A stretch of 64,000 nucleotides of DNA. Origin: Nitrosopumilus sp. GTDB taxonomy: Archaea; Thermoproteota; Nitrososphaeria; Nitrososphaerales; Nitrosopumilaceae. A model generated the notes under the pieces. It worked only from the letters and a program-made list of their open reading frames with translations, ran no database searches and was not told where the DNA came from. Made by a program: the position numbers and the translations under genes. Below, in pieces: positions 1-9,759 of this stretch. How positions within the stretch are numbered: position 1 is the stretch's first letter; every line of letters starts with the position of its first letter. Location of the stretch: contig OZ242186.1 in the NCBI GenBank assembly GCA_965205675.1, positions 1,920,001 to 1,984,000 on the forward strand, read 5' to 3'.

Positions 1-1067
1 AAGGTTGCATTGGCCACCACGTCAGTTGGTAAATTAGCAAATGTTTTCCCACCTTGTTTGACATGCATTTGATTGTCAAATTTTACAAAACCAATTACAG
101 AACAACTGATACGGAATTTTTTACATATTTCATTTAGTTTTTTTAATTTTTCTTGACTAGTAACAATTAACATTCTTTCTTGAGATTCAGATACCATAAT
201 CTCATCAGGATGCATGTCAGATTCACGTGTGTGAACTTTGTCAACATCCATCTCTATTCCAATTTCTAAAGCGTCAGCAGTTTCAGAAATTGCACAAGAC
301 AAACCACCACCACCAAGATCTTTCATAGCATGAATCAGACCTTCATTTCGAGCCTCTAAAACAGCCTCAATGATTAATTTTTCAATAAATGGGTCAGGAA
401 TTTGAACTGCAGAACGGTCTTCAGATTCTAAAGAGTCAGATGCAAATTGTGAACCACCAATCCCATCTCTACCCGTAAAACCTCCCATTAATACAACAAT
501 GTCATCTTTCTTTGCATGGTTTTTGATTAGATTTTCTTTCTTGCCAAAACCTAATGCAGCTACATCAACTAGAGCATAATTTTCATAGCATTCATCAAAT
601 TCAACTTCACCACCAATGGTTGGAATGCCAAGACAGTTTCCATAATCTGCAATACCTGTAACTGCATTTTTGAAAAGCCATCTTGCTTGTAAATCTTTTT
701 CAATATTCCCAAATCGTAATCCATTAAAGATTGCAATAGGTCTAGTTCCAGCAGATAAAATATCTCTAATTACTCCACCAACTCCAGTTGCAGCTCCACC
801 ATAAGGTTCTACGGCAGAAGGATGATTGTGACTTTCAATATGAGCGGTTACCACATATCCATCTCCAACATCTAAAACTCCAGAATCATATCCTTTCTCG
901 TTAATTACAAATGGACCATCCATTGGCAACATTTTGAGATGTTTTTTCGATGATTTGTAAGAACAATGCTCAGACCATTCAGCAGCTACAATTTGTAATT
1001 CAGTAGATGTGGGATCTCTGCCAAGTTTGGATTTTAATTCATCTAGTTCTTGTTCCTCAAGACTCAT
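1..1067 (-). CDS. purL: Phosphoribosylformylglycinamidine synthase subunit PurL (5' part; runs off window)
   Basis: Minus-strand frame from ATG 1067 reads MSLEEQELDELKSKLGRDPTSTELQIVAAEWSEHCSYKSSKKHL...HIESHNHPSAVEPYGGAATGVGGVIRDI; ATGA overlap with the purQ stop. Confidence 0.95.
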   Translation of the reverse strand, partial: MSLEEQELDELKSKLGRDPTSTELQIVAAEWSEHCSYKSSKKHLKMLPMDGPFVINEKGYDSGVLDVGDGYVVTAHIESHNHPSAVEPYGGAATGVGGVIRDILSAGTRPIAIFNGLRFGNIEKDLQARWLFKNAVTGIADYGNCLGIPTIGGEVEFDECYENYALVDVAALGFGKKENLIKNHAKKDDIVVLMGGFTGRDGIGGSQFASDSLESEDRSAVQIPDPFIEKLIIEAVLEARNEGLIHAMKDLGGGGLSCAISETADALEIGIEMDVDKVHTRESDMHPDEIMVSESQERMLIVTSQEKLKKLNEICKKFRISCSVIGFVKFDNQMHVKQGGKTFANLPTDVVANAT

Positions 1068-1744
1068 TTTTCAATATCCATTTTACTTAAGAGTGATTCA
1101 AAGATAAGAGAAGAAGGTTTGTTATCTATGGGATTAATATCAGATTCAACTGCACGTTCAGGATGAGGCATCATTCCTACAATATTTCCATCTTCATTAC
1201 ATACACCTGCAATTTGATTTGAAGAACCATTTACAACTTGACTGTATCTGAAAACAATTTGATTTTTCTTTTTTAATTCGTTCATAGTTTCATCATCAAC
1301 ATAGTATCTACCCTCACCGTTTGCTATAGGAATAGGAATCTCTTCATGTAGTTTGAATTGATTTGTAAACGGAGTCTCATTATTTTCCACAACTAAATTA
1401 GTCCATTTACACATAAAATTAAGAGATTCATTTTTGAGTAATGCTCCAGGCAAAAGTGCAGATTCTACAAGAATTTGAAATCCATTACATACACCCAAAA
1501 CAGGAATTCCTTTCTTAGATATTTTTTGGATGTCTGAAATAACTGGACTATGAGCAGCTATAGCACCTGCTCTTAATCTATCACCATAAGTAAAACCTCC
1601 AGGAAGAATTATAGCATCAATATTCTCAGGCAATCCTTTTTCATGCCAATAATACTGTACATCAAGATGGAATACATCTTTCAATACATGATACATATCC
1701 CGATCACAATTACTGCCAGGAAAAACTACAACGCCGACTTTCAT
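1064..1744 (-). CDS. purQ: FGAM synthase glutaminase subunit PurQ
   Basis: VVFPGSNCDRD, PGGFTYGDRLRAG, GVCNGFQIL and MMPHPER motifs. Confidence 0.96.
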   Translation of the reverse strand: MKVGVVVFPGSNCDRDMYHVLKDVFHLDVQYYWHEKGLPENIDAIILPGGFTYGDRLRAGAIAAHSPVISDIQKISKKGIPVLGVCNGFQILVESALLPGALLKNESLNFMCKWTNLVVENNETPFTNQFKLHEEIPIPIANGEGRYYVDDETMNELKKKNQIVFRYSQVVNGSSNQIAGVCNEDGNIVGMMPHPERAVESDINPIDNKPSSLIFESLLSKMDIEK

Positions 1745-1822
1745 AATGATATAATCAATCAGATATATTTAATTTGAATCTAGTTAGAGTAAATTCTTAT
1801 GTAAAGAAATGACGTGATCGCC

Positions 1823-2179
1823 ATGACTCAAATCAGAGACACAGCAAAATGTCATTATGATGACTATATGTGAATAAGAAAGCAAGGAATTCAGATAGCA
1901 TAAAAAATGAATTTAACAGTTCCAAGGTTCGTAAATACTCTTCTCCAAAAAAGATTACAAACAAACAGTTAGGATCATAGCAAAACTGCACTTGATGCAT
2001 CAATCATTCTAAAAGAAAAAAAGATCAGCTTTCTTGTAATAATCAAAGAATGATCATCAGACATTGATTGTAGTTGAAAATGAAAAACTAGTGAGCGTAA
2101 TAACTCAGATCAATTTAACAGGAGTTCTAAGAAACAAACTATGGATTAATGTTACAATGGATAACATAAAATCAAACTA
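1823..2179 (+). pseudogene. Decayed CBS-domain protein gene with an insertion and an internal deletion
   Basis: Fragments MTQIRD...(~1823), DHSKTALDASIILKEKKISFLVIIKE (~1972-2050) and LIVVENEKLVSVITQINL (~2064-2120) resemble CBS-pair motifs; broken by frameshifts and ~110 bp of unrelated DNA. Confidence 0.6.
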
Positions 2180-2437
2180 ACTTTCAAAAACATCTATAGT
2201 TACAACACTGACCATAGGATTGTAAATTCTCAAATCATCACAAATTTCTTGAACTTTAGATTTTGCAGTTTCTTTGTTTTGTTCATCAATAGTAAATTTT
2301 AGCATTTGTGCGGTTTTAATTTTTGAAACTGTTTTATGAGTTCCTTTAAGAACAAGATCATTTAGAATTGTTTCCCCTTCCGGATCACTAATGCCAGGTT
2401 TGTTTTCAATAGTCACATAAACATGAAATATTGTCAT
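2177..2437 (-). CDS. purS: FGAM synthase subunit PurS
   Basis: V(T)IENKPGISDPEGETI ... IYNPMV; near purQ/purL; ATG 2437 preferred over ORF-track start 2449. Confidence 0.9.
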   Translation of the reverse strand: MTIFHVYVTIENKPGISDPEGETILNDLVLKGTHKTVSKIKTAQMLKFTIDEQNKETAKSKVQEICDDLRIYNPMVSVVTIDVFES

Positions 2438-2724
2438 AAGTAATTTCAAAAATAAAAACGTGGTTAATCTATCTTCCGAATAATTTTATGCTTTTATAGT
2501 TATTTTTAGATAACAATTAGATTTCCGGTTCTGAGGACTTGTGTTGTTAAAATATCACCGACTCAGTCCCGATTATTTTGAATTCATATTTTCTTTTACA
2601 AATTCAATATATTTTTGATAAGACCAGATTGATAATTTGGATTTTTTACAATTGAAAATGACGATCATTAATTATTCATCGCCAAAACATAAGCAAATAA
2701 TAATAAGAAAATATCTACATTCCT

Positions 2725-3330
2725 ATTATTATATTTCCATTTATCAATATACACAATGTTTCTTTTTTTTATTTTTCTAATCGTATTTTTTAGAAGAGTT
2801 TTAGCTTTGACATTGTTTACAATCTCAACATGAACTTTATCATTTTTTTTCTAGTATTTCCAAATACAATGATTTTGTTTTTAATCCCTCTGCCACGATT
2901 TTCCTTTCTTACATCTCCAAGATATTTCTCAACCTCAATTTTCTATTTTAGTTTCTTGTCTGATTCTACAAGATGATGCAGCGTGGTATACATAATGCAA
3001 TCAAAAATATTCGGTGCAGTTGGATAACTGACATTGGATTTTCTATCTACACGTCTTGCACTTTTCTAAAATTAGATAGTTTGGCTAGAGCCAACCATTT
3101 TGTAAAATCAGTATTGATGATATACAAACCATGCTCCAGTAAATAGTCTATAATCTATCTTGCAATCCTTACATCCTATTTTTCCTCTTGAGATGATATA
3201 GTAATTTTCAGTTTTAGATGTAGTAGGTGTTTGTTTGCAGTCTTGGCTTTCTTGGAGGCTTCTTAACACGAATACAAGTACCGTCTAGTTTCCTAGACGA
3301 TTTTGGCATACATTGTTATAGTCATTATAA
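2725..3330 (-). mobile_element. Degraded, truncated IS1595-family (ISXO2-like) transposase remnant
   Basis: Frame-broken minus-strand fragments: Zn-ribbon-like KTENYYIISRGKIGCKDCKIDYRLFTGAWF, then IEVEKYLGDVRKENRGRGIKNKIIVFG / ILEK / NDKVHVEIVNNVKAKTLLKNTIRKIKKRNIVYIDKWKYN. These match the IS1595 core EVDESYFGG..KGKRGRG..K..VFG ... IVYTD.W..Y. Boundaries approximate. Confidence 0.7.
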
Positions 3331-3398
3331 AAAGTGACACAAAATCACCAGTTACATAGAGATGGAATTTATATCAGAATAATTTACAATCTTTCATA

Positions 3399-3866
3399 AT
3401 GGCAAAAGGTAGGATGAGATACTGGAAACTTACATCAGAAGAATTAGGAGAATATGCATATGATGAAAACAGATTACTTAATTGGGAAATAAAATGTGTC
3501 AGAGAACCAGAAGACGAGGCCCATTTTATTGGTCTTTTCATGTATAGAAATGGAACAGCATATGACTATGAATCAGTTAAAGGGATTTGCTATTTTCACA
3601 ATAATATAGACAGAAAAGAATTGCCAGAAATTACAAAATTCCTTCAAGGAAAATACAACGGTAAGGAAATGGAAAAAGGAGACAGAATACTTTTAAAAGA
3701 TTCAAAAGAAATCTACTCAGCAGTGGATATTGCAAATTTAGCAAAAGAGATGGAATCTAAATTCAACACCAAAGCCATCATATCACTAGAATTTGAAAAA
3801 TACACTGTGGAAGAACTTAAAGAAACAGGAATGCCAGAAGCAAAGTTACTCCCAATTCCCACATAA
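3399..3866 (+). CDS. Hypothetical protein (155 aa)
   Basis: Clean ORF, typical codon style, 29 bp upstream of tatC; no motif recognised. Confidence 0.8.
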   Translation: MAKGRMRYWKLTSEELGEYAYDENRLLNWEIKCVREPEDEAHFIGLFMYRNGTAYDYESVKGICYFHNNIDRKELPEITKFLQGKYNGKEMEKGDRILLKDSKEIYSAVDIANLAKEMESKFNTKAIISLEFEKYTVEELKETGMPEAKLLPIPT

Positions 3867-3895
3867 TTGATATAGTTTAGAAACAAAGATAACAA

Positions 3896-4687
3896 ATGTC
3901 CGAATTGGATGGTATCAATAAACATTTTGAAGAACTAAAAAAACGTCTAATTCGAATTGTCATAGTGATTGGTGGAATTGGCGCATTTTTGCTAATGTTT
4001 CATGCAGAGCCATTTCAAATTAGTCAATTTACTTTGTATTATCCTATACCAGAACCGACACACAACATAGCAGCACAGATTACAAATCATATGAGAATTA
4101 ATCTAGTTCCAGAAGGAGTACAATTAATTCAAACTGCACCAGGACAAGCATTTTTTGCTCAAATGTATGTTGCAACATTAGTTGGAATTGTCGTAGGAAT
4201 GCCTGTAATCATTAAAGAGCTAGTAGGATTCATCAAACCAGCACTAAAAGAAAATGAAATCAATGTAAGTAGAAGTATTTCATTACCAGCATTAGGATTA
4301 TTTATTGTGGGATGTGTATTTTCATATAATTTTGTAATTCCATACATGTTGGAATTTTTGTACAAATATGGAGAAAGTGCAGGACTAATTACTTTTCTAA
4401 ATGTAATGGAATTTGTAACATTTGTGTTACAATTTTTGTTAGCATTTGGTTTTTCGTTTCAGCTTCCTCTTGTAATGTATGCAATATCTGCATCAGATAT
4501 GGTTGATGTCAAGTTTTGGAGAAAAAATATCAGATACGCAATTGTGATCATAGTAATATTTGGGGCAATAATTACCCCAGATGGAACAGGAGTAACAATG
4601 GTGTTTGTTGCAGGTCCAATGATTGCACTATATGCCACAGGCATGATTATTATCGAGCGTAAAGGCAAAAAGAAGTTGAACACTTAA
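3896..4687 (+). CDS. tatC: Twin-arginine translocase subunit TatC
   Basis: HFEELKKRLIR N-terminus, ~6 TM helices, FGFSFQLP, AIITPD. Confidence 0.95.
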   Translation: MSELDGINKHFEELKKRLIRIVIVIGGIGAFLLMFHAEPFQISQFTLYYPIPEPTHNIAAQITNHMRINLVPEGVQLIQTAPGQAFFAQMYVATLVGIVVGMPVIIKELVGFIKPALKENEINVSRSISLPALGLFIVGCVFSYNFVIPYMLEFLYKYGESAGLITFLNVMEFVTFVLQFLLAFGFSFQLPLVMYAISASDMVDVKFWRKNIRYAIVIIVIFGAIITPDGTGVTMVFVAGPMIALYATGMIIIERKGKKKLNT

Positions 4688-4713
4688 ATCTGAAATCAGC
4701 GATATTTTGTAAT

Positions 4714-4893
4714 ATGCTAGGAAGTACAGAAATCATCGTATTAGTTGTAGTTATAGGCGTATTGATTTTTGGTGCAAAAAAGATTCCAGAATTGGCAAAA
4801 ACATTTGGTAAAGCCAAAGGAGAATTTGAGAAAGGAAAAATTGAGGCAGACAAAGAACTCAAAGATTTCAAAGAAGAATCAAAATCAGATTAA
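4714..4893 (+). CDS. tatA: Twin-arginine translocase subunit TatA (59 aa, not in ORF track)
   Basis: MLGSTEIIVLVVVIGVLIFGAKKIPELAKTFGKAKGEFEKGK...; TM helix, FG hinge and amphipathic helix; directly after tatC. Confidence 0.93.
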   Translation: MLGSTEIIVLVVVIGVLIFGAKKIPELAKTFGKAKGEFEKGKIEADKELKDFKEESKSD

Positions 4894-5318
4894 TTTTCAG
4901 CAATTTTTACAAAAGTATCTAGCACTTTATTGTAATCATCTTTGAAATTATTTCTTCCAAACATAGTAGAGATTTTTAATTTGCCCTTTAATTTCAGAGT
5001 CACATCAACGAGGACTTTGGTGGCATTTTTTAATTCAATGAATTCTTGCTTGATATGACTTCCTTTGGCATCTCCACCAATTACAAAAATCTCATGTAAT
5101 ACAGGATTGTTTAAAATATGTTTTGCCATAATTAAAAATTCTTTTTCTCCAAGAATCAGATGTTCTTCAACTATAGCTACGTTATCACGCACAGAACGAA
5201 TACGAATAGATGGGAAATATTGAGGGGCTAGTTGTGGATAATTTTTAAAATTTGAAAAAATTTCAAAGACAACGTTTCTATTTGCATGAACAATCTTTTC
5301 AAAAGCAAACTGAGACAA
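4890..5318 (-). CDS. SRPBCC / polyketide cyclase-like (START-fold) protein
   Basis: FEKIVHANRNVVFEIFSNFKNYPQLAP N-terminal pattern typical of SRPBCC domains. Confidence 0.65.
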   Translation of the reverse strand: MSQFAFEKIVHANRNVVFEIFSNFKNYPQLAPQYFPSIRIRSVRDNVAIVEEHLILGEKEFLIMAKHILNNPVLHEIFVIGGDAKGSHIKQEFIELKNATKVLVDVTLKLKGKLKISTMFGRNNFKDDYNKVLDTFVKIAEN

Positions 5319-5325
5319 CAGTAGT

Positions 5326-5886
5326 TTAGGAAGTACCCCATCGAGGGTATAAATTGTGCTCTATATCAAATTGATCCAAACATTTTCCAACACCATGATT
5401 TATGATATCATCGATAGATTTGGGTTTGGTGTAAAACTCAGTGACCGGAGGTAAAATCACAATACCCAATCTCGCTAATTTTAACATGTTCTCCAAATGA
5501 ATTGCAGAAAGAGGCGCTTCTCTAACCATTAATACCAATTTTCTAGATTCTTTGATTGTAACGCCAGCGGCTCTTGCCACTAATGTATCATCATAGCCAT
5601 TTGCAATTGCAGCCAATGTTTTCATACTGCAAGGAGCAACAATCATTCCATCAATTCTATGAGTGCCACTAGATACACTAGAGGCCATATTAGTTTCATT
5701 AGAAGTATAAGTTGCAAAAGATTTTACATATTCAAGAGTATACTCAGTTTCCATTGAAATACATTTTTGGCCCCATTCAGAAATAATTAAATGAGTTTCA
5801 ACGTTTAATTTTTTTAGAGTTTCAAGCATGCGAACTCCATAAATTGCCCCAGTACTGCCAGTGATTCCAATTACAAGTTTCAACAA
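5326..5886 (-). CDS. ubiX: Flavin prenyltransferase UbiX
   Basis: GITGSTGAIYG, SSGT, VAPCSMKTLAAIANG, RAAGVTIKESRKLVL, HLENML. Confidence 0.93.
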   Translation of the reverse strand: MLKLVIGITGSTGAIYGVRMLETLKKLNVETHLIISEWGQKCISMETEYTLEYVKSFATYTSNETNMASSVSSGTHRIDGMIVAPCSMKTLAAIANGYDDTLVARAAGVTIKESRKLVLMVREAPLSAIHLENMLKLARLGIVILPPVTEFYTKPKSIDDIINHGVGKCLDQFDIEHNLYPRWGTS

Positions 5887-5941
5887 ATAATGATTAGAAG
5901 ATACTGTATTTTATGTATTAGACAGATAAGGTAAATTGGCA

Positions 5942-6076
5942 CTAGAGATTCAGGGAATTCTTATCATCTAATTCTTGATTTGTCTTTCTTCGTTTAAACC
6001 ACATGAAAATACCTGCAGCTAGCATCACTGGTAAAAGTAAAAGGCCAAGAAGTTGAAGCTCAAAGTTGTATAACAT
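5942..6076 (-). CDS. Putative 44-aa single-pass membrane micro-protein
   Basis: MLYNFELQLLGLLLLPVMLAAGIFMWFKRRKTNQELDDKNSLNL*; hydrophobic helix followed by KRRK. Confidence 0.5.
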   Translation of the reverse strand: MLYNFELQLLGLLLLPVMLAAGIFMWFKRRKTNQELDDKNSLNL

Positions 6077-6169
6077 AACAGATATCAAATGAGATTGGAG
6101 AAATCTATTGATAAACCGATCTGAATAATCAAAAATTAGCTATATTAGATCCCAATATCTAGGCACAAT

Positions 6170-7261
6170 GTGATTAAAACCTCAGAGATCAAAAAGATTG
6201 TTAATAATTATTCTGATGTGAAAATTGGAGTTCTGGGCAGTCACTCAGCATTGGAGATAATGGATGGTGCAAAAGACAAAGATTTTCAAACGAGAGTTTT
6301 TTGTCAGAAAGGGCGTGAAGGACCATATCAACGATTTGGACGTATTGCAGATGAAATTACCATCGTAGATAAATTCAAAGATATGGCATCGGCTAAATAT
6401 CAAAAAGAATTAAGAGATTCAAATACAATTATTGTACCTCATAGATCACTTACAGTTTACCTAGGATACAAAACAATTGAGAATTCATTTAAAGTTCCGA
6501 TTTTTGGAAATAGGAAATTATTCCAAGCAGAAGAAAGAACAGCTAAAAAAGGACAATACTATCTGTTGGAAAAAGCCAGAATAAAATATCCAAAATTATT
6601 CAAAGATCCTAAAAGAATCAACAAACCATCCATTGTTAAAGTTCAAGAAAAAAATAGACCATTGGAAAGAGCATTCTTCACAGTGTCATCGTACAAAGAT
6701 TATGTAAAAAAATCTGAAGAAAAAATCAAACAAGGAATAATTGCACGAAAAGATCTTCAAAAAGCAAGCATAGAAGAATTGGGAATAGGAACATACATGA
6801 ATTTTAATTTCTTTCATACGCCAATTTCAGACCAAGTTGATTTTATTGGAATTGAAAGAAGACTACAAACAAACATTCATGATTACAATGCATTGCCAGC
6901 AAGAGAACAATTAGAAATGAATATAGATTTACAAAATATAGAAGTAGGTCACACACCTGCAAGCATTAGAGAATCATTACTTGAAAAAGTACTCAAAATG
7001 GGAGACAAGTTTGTAGCTGCAGTGAAAAAAGAATATGCACCAGGAATAATTGGACCATTTTCATTACAAAGTGTAATCACAAAAGATTTGGAATTAATTG
7101 TGTATGATGTATCATTACGAGTTCCAGGGAATCCAATCGTAGCCACTACCAGTCCATATACAAAATACCAATATGGACAGATATTTGGTGTGGGTCAAAG
7201 AATTGCAATGGAAATTAAACGAGCCCAAGAGGAAGATAGACTAGATGAGATAGTCACTTAG
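6170..7261 (+). CDS. purP: PurP-family formate-dependent AICAR formyltransferase (ATP-grasp)
   Basis: IGVLGSHSALEI, IVPHRS, GNRKLFQAEER, GHTPASIRESLL, GPFSLQ. Confidence 0.88.
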   Translation: MIKTSEIKKIVNNYSDVKIGVLGSHSALEIMDGAKDKDFQTRVFCQKGREGPYQRFGRIADEITIVDKFKDMASAKYQKELRDSNTIIVPHRSLTVYLGYKTIENSFKVPIFGNRKLFQAEERTAKKGQYYLLEKARIKYPKLFKDPKRINKPSIVKVQEKNRPLERAFFTVSSYKDYVKKSEEKIKQGIIARKDLQKASIEELGIGTYMNFNFFHTPISDQVDFIGIERRLQTNIHDYNALPAREQLEMNIDLQNIEVGHTPASIRESLLEKVLKMGDKFVAAVKKEYAPGIIGPFSLQSVITKDLELIVYDVSLRVPGNPIVATTSPYTKYQYGQIFGVGQRIAMEIKRAQEEDRLDEIVT

Positions 7262-7814
7262 AAAATAATCTTAGAATAATAAGATGACTAGGCATCTATT
7301 GTCCTTAGATTATTATGAAATGTTTGAGAATGAATTTTGTATCATTTGCAAAAACAATCCCCACCTCATCAACATCATAAATCAAATCATCATCTATAGT
7401 GAAAAACACAAGTTCGTGAGTTATTTCTCAGGTGTTTCAATTTGTTTATTTGTATTTACTTAGGTAAAATCAACTGATTTCTAGTTTTTTTGAACTATTT
7501 AGTTACTGAACTTTGTCTTTTTGCTATACTATTCCTACAGATGCAATATTATGCACTTGTTTACTAAAATGTTGACAGATTCTAATATGAAAACCAGTTA
7601 ATTTGTACAGTATTGATATAACACCATTCTAGTAAGTTATGACATTAAGCATTTTCCAAAACTGTTCTCTCAAATGCTTGGCGTAACTCCAATGAATACA
7701 ATGGTGTTAGAGTAGATAACAGCTCCCGTAAATTTACCAGTTCCCATAGATTATTGCATATCTCATGACTAAAACTAAGTAAAGAATCATTAATGAAAAA
7801 ACTTGGTTAATTAT

Positions 7815-8729
7815 ATGAATTGTGATAGATGTAAAAATCCTGCTGTATATACAAGAAAATATTCAGGTGAGAGACTTTGTTCAGAATGTTTCTCAAAGTC
7901 AATTGTAAGAAAAACTGCAAAAACTATTTCAAAATACGACATGATCAAACATGGTGATTTAGTAGCAGTAGCTGTATCTGGAGGAAAAGATTCCTTGGTA
8001 TTATTAAAAATTATTAATGAAATGGTATTGACACATAGTTTTAGAATAAAAGCAATTACTATTGATGAGGGAATTCCAGGATATAGAAATGAAGCATTAG
8101 AAATTGTTGAAAAATTTTGTGCTGAACTAAATGTAGAACACAAAGTTTATTCATACAAAGATCTTTTTGAATTGACCTTAGATGAAGCCTTAGATTTACG
8201 AGAAAATAAAAAAACATCATCATGCTCAATATGTGGAACACTTAGAAGAAGAGCAATAGATTATGCAGCCAAAGATATTGGTGCAGATGTTATTGCAACA
8301 GGTCATAATTTAGATGATACATTACAAACATTTGTTATTAACATGCTTTCAGGAGATACGACTAAGATTGGTTGGATGAATCCTGATACGTCTATGAATG
8401 ATTTAAGAAAAATAAAACCATTTTGTGAGATCTATGAATCTGAAATAGTTTTTTATGCATTTACAAATGATATGCCATTTCAATCAGAACCATGTCCACA
8501 CATGAATGAGGGAATTAGAACAGAGATTCGTGAATTTTTGAATTCATTAGAAAATCAACATAGTGGAATTAAAAATAATTTGTATCAATCAATTCTCAAG
8601 GTTTCAACGTCAATAAAAAATTCTAATTCCAAGGTAAAAATAAAATGTGAAAAATGTGGAAACGATTGCACAGGCAATGTATGCTCAGTTTGCAGTGTGA
8701 TTTTAAGACTAAAAAAAAATCAAACCTAA
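7815..8729 (+). CDS. tRNA 2-thiolation protein, TtuA/NcsA/CTU1 family
   Basis: N-terminal CxxC...CxxC, PP-loop SGGKDS, CSICGTLRR, ATGHNLDD, C-terminal Zn finger; ORF track starts at 7803. Confidence 0.9.
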   Translation: MNCDRCKNPAVYTRKYSGERLCSECFSKSIVRKTAKTISKYDMIKHGDLVAVAVSGGKDSLVLLKIINEMVLTHSFRIKAITIDEGIPGYRNEALEIVEKFCAELNVEHKVYSYKDLFELTLDEALDLRENKKTSSCSICGTLRRRAIDYAAKDIGADVIATGHNLDDTLQTFVINMLSGDTTKIGWMNPDTSMNDLRKIKPFCEIYESEIVFYAFTNDMPFQSEPCPHMNEGIRTEIREFLNSLENQHSGIKNNLYQSILKVSTSIKNSNSKVKIKCEKCGNDCTGNVCSVCSVILRLKKNQT

Positions 8730-8732
8730 TGC

Positions 8733-8740
8733 AAATATAA
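8733..8740 (+). promoter_or_regulatory. Putative TATA box of the SRP RNA gene
   Basis: AAATATAA 21-28 nt upstream of the predicted SRP RNA 5' end. Confidence 0.35.
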
Positions 8741-8760
8741 CATACCTTCTTAGGAAAAAT

Positions 8761-9076
8761 GGTAGTAGGTAGGATCAGGGTGTTAGCCGTGCCCTATTCT
8801 GAAACCGGCTATATGCAGAGATCAGCAACTGCTGGGTAAATCTCTAGAAGGGTAATTCCCGCTTGGTGTGCGGAAATGAAATCACGCCGAGGCGGGTGGT
8901 TGCAGGACTAGAAATATCCGAAGGGATAGATTCTAAGACCGAACCATCGAAAGGGATGAGGTCCGGGAGGGAGCAATCCTAAGGTGGAGCATCCACGCTT
9001 CCTCGTCAACGTGGCGGATCTTGTATGCCTTGAAATGGGACTATTCGTCTAGACTGGAGCCAGCAGATCTACTACC
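8761..9076 (+). ncRNA. ffs: Archaeal signal recognition particle (7S) RNA
   Basis: ~316-nt GC-rich island. 5' GGTAGTAG pairs with 3' CTACTACC; helix-6-like TATCC-GAAG-GGATA; helix-8 motif GAGGTCCGGGAGGGAGCAA resembles the SRP54-binding CAGGUCCGGAAGGAAGCAG. Confidence 0.9.
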
Positions 9077-9105
9077 TTTATAATTAAAATAAAAATTATA
9101 AATTC

Positions 9106-9438
9106 ATGGAAGGAATGATTTCATTTGGAAATAAAAAGAGTTATGAAGACTTTAAGAAACAAGTTCCAAGCCCTGTTTTACCATTATTTGATTCAATCAG
9201 AGAATTTTGTTTCTCTTTAGGGGATAAAGTAGTGGAAGACGTAAGAATGCATAGAGTAGTTTTTTGTAAATCGATGACATTTAGATGGTTTGCAGATGTA
9301 GAACCAGAAAGGGAAGGAATTATTATAAAAATCCAAAAAAACAGAAAAGAATCAATTCAAATAATTCATATAAATAAAGAACAACAGATTTCAGAAATAA
9401 GTCAGATCATCAAAAAGGCATTTGAAGAAATTCATTAG
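9106..9438 (+). CDS. Hypothetical protein (possibly DUF5655/YjbR-like fold)
   Basis: Clean 110-aa ORF; LFDSIREFCFSLGDKVVED pattern; family guess is weak. Confidence 0.65.
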   Translation: MEGMISFGNKKSYEDFKKQVPSPVLPLFDSIREFCFSLGDKVVEDVRMHRVVFCKSMTFRWFADVEPEREGIIIKIQKNRKESIQIIHINKEQQISEISQIIKKAFEEIH

Positions 9439-9713
9439 TACAACACCTCAAATTTTGAAAATTCTGCAATGAACTTTTCATTACGTATCTTTACATCTTC
9501 AACTCTTGCATTAGCAGGACCACCATGAGCCCATTCAATTAATCTACTAATATTTTCTACATCTCCTTCTAGAACAGCTTCAACTCTACCATCTTTAAGA
9601 TTTTTAACCCAACCAAAAATATTATTTTTTTTTGCCATAACTTTTAGTGTTTGGCGAAAAAAAACACCTTGTACCTTCCCAGTTACAAAAAGTCTAACAC
9701 GTTGTTTTGACAC
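9435..9713 (-). CDS. acyP: Acylphosphatase
   Basis: VTGKVQGVFFR and GWVKNLKDGRVE motifs. Confidence 0.95.
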   Translation of the reverse strand: MSKQRVRLFVTGKVQGVFFRQTLKVMAKKNNIFGWVKNLKDGRVEAVLEGDVENISRLIEWAHGGPANARVEDVKIRNEKFIAEFSKFEVLY

Positions 9714-9759
9714 AGATGATATTGGAGTTGGCTATTAATCAATTTTAGGTTAAAGAGAA

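Noticed and set aside
4650-4871. 73-aa minus-strand ORF after tatC
   Set aside because: It is antisense to the real tatA gene (4714-4893, +).
7640-7700. GVT/PKHLREQF-like fragment as a tyrosine-integrase box
   Set aside because: It requires an assumed frameshift and has no other supporting motif.
8761-9076. GC-rich structured island as a novel ncRNA or RNase P RNA
   Set aside because: Length, terminal helix and helix-6/helix-8 motifs fit archaeal SRP RNA; RNase P P4 motifs (GAGGAAAGUCC-like) were not seen.
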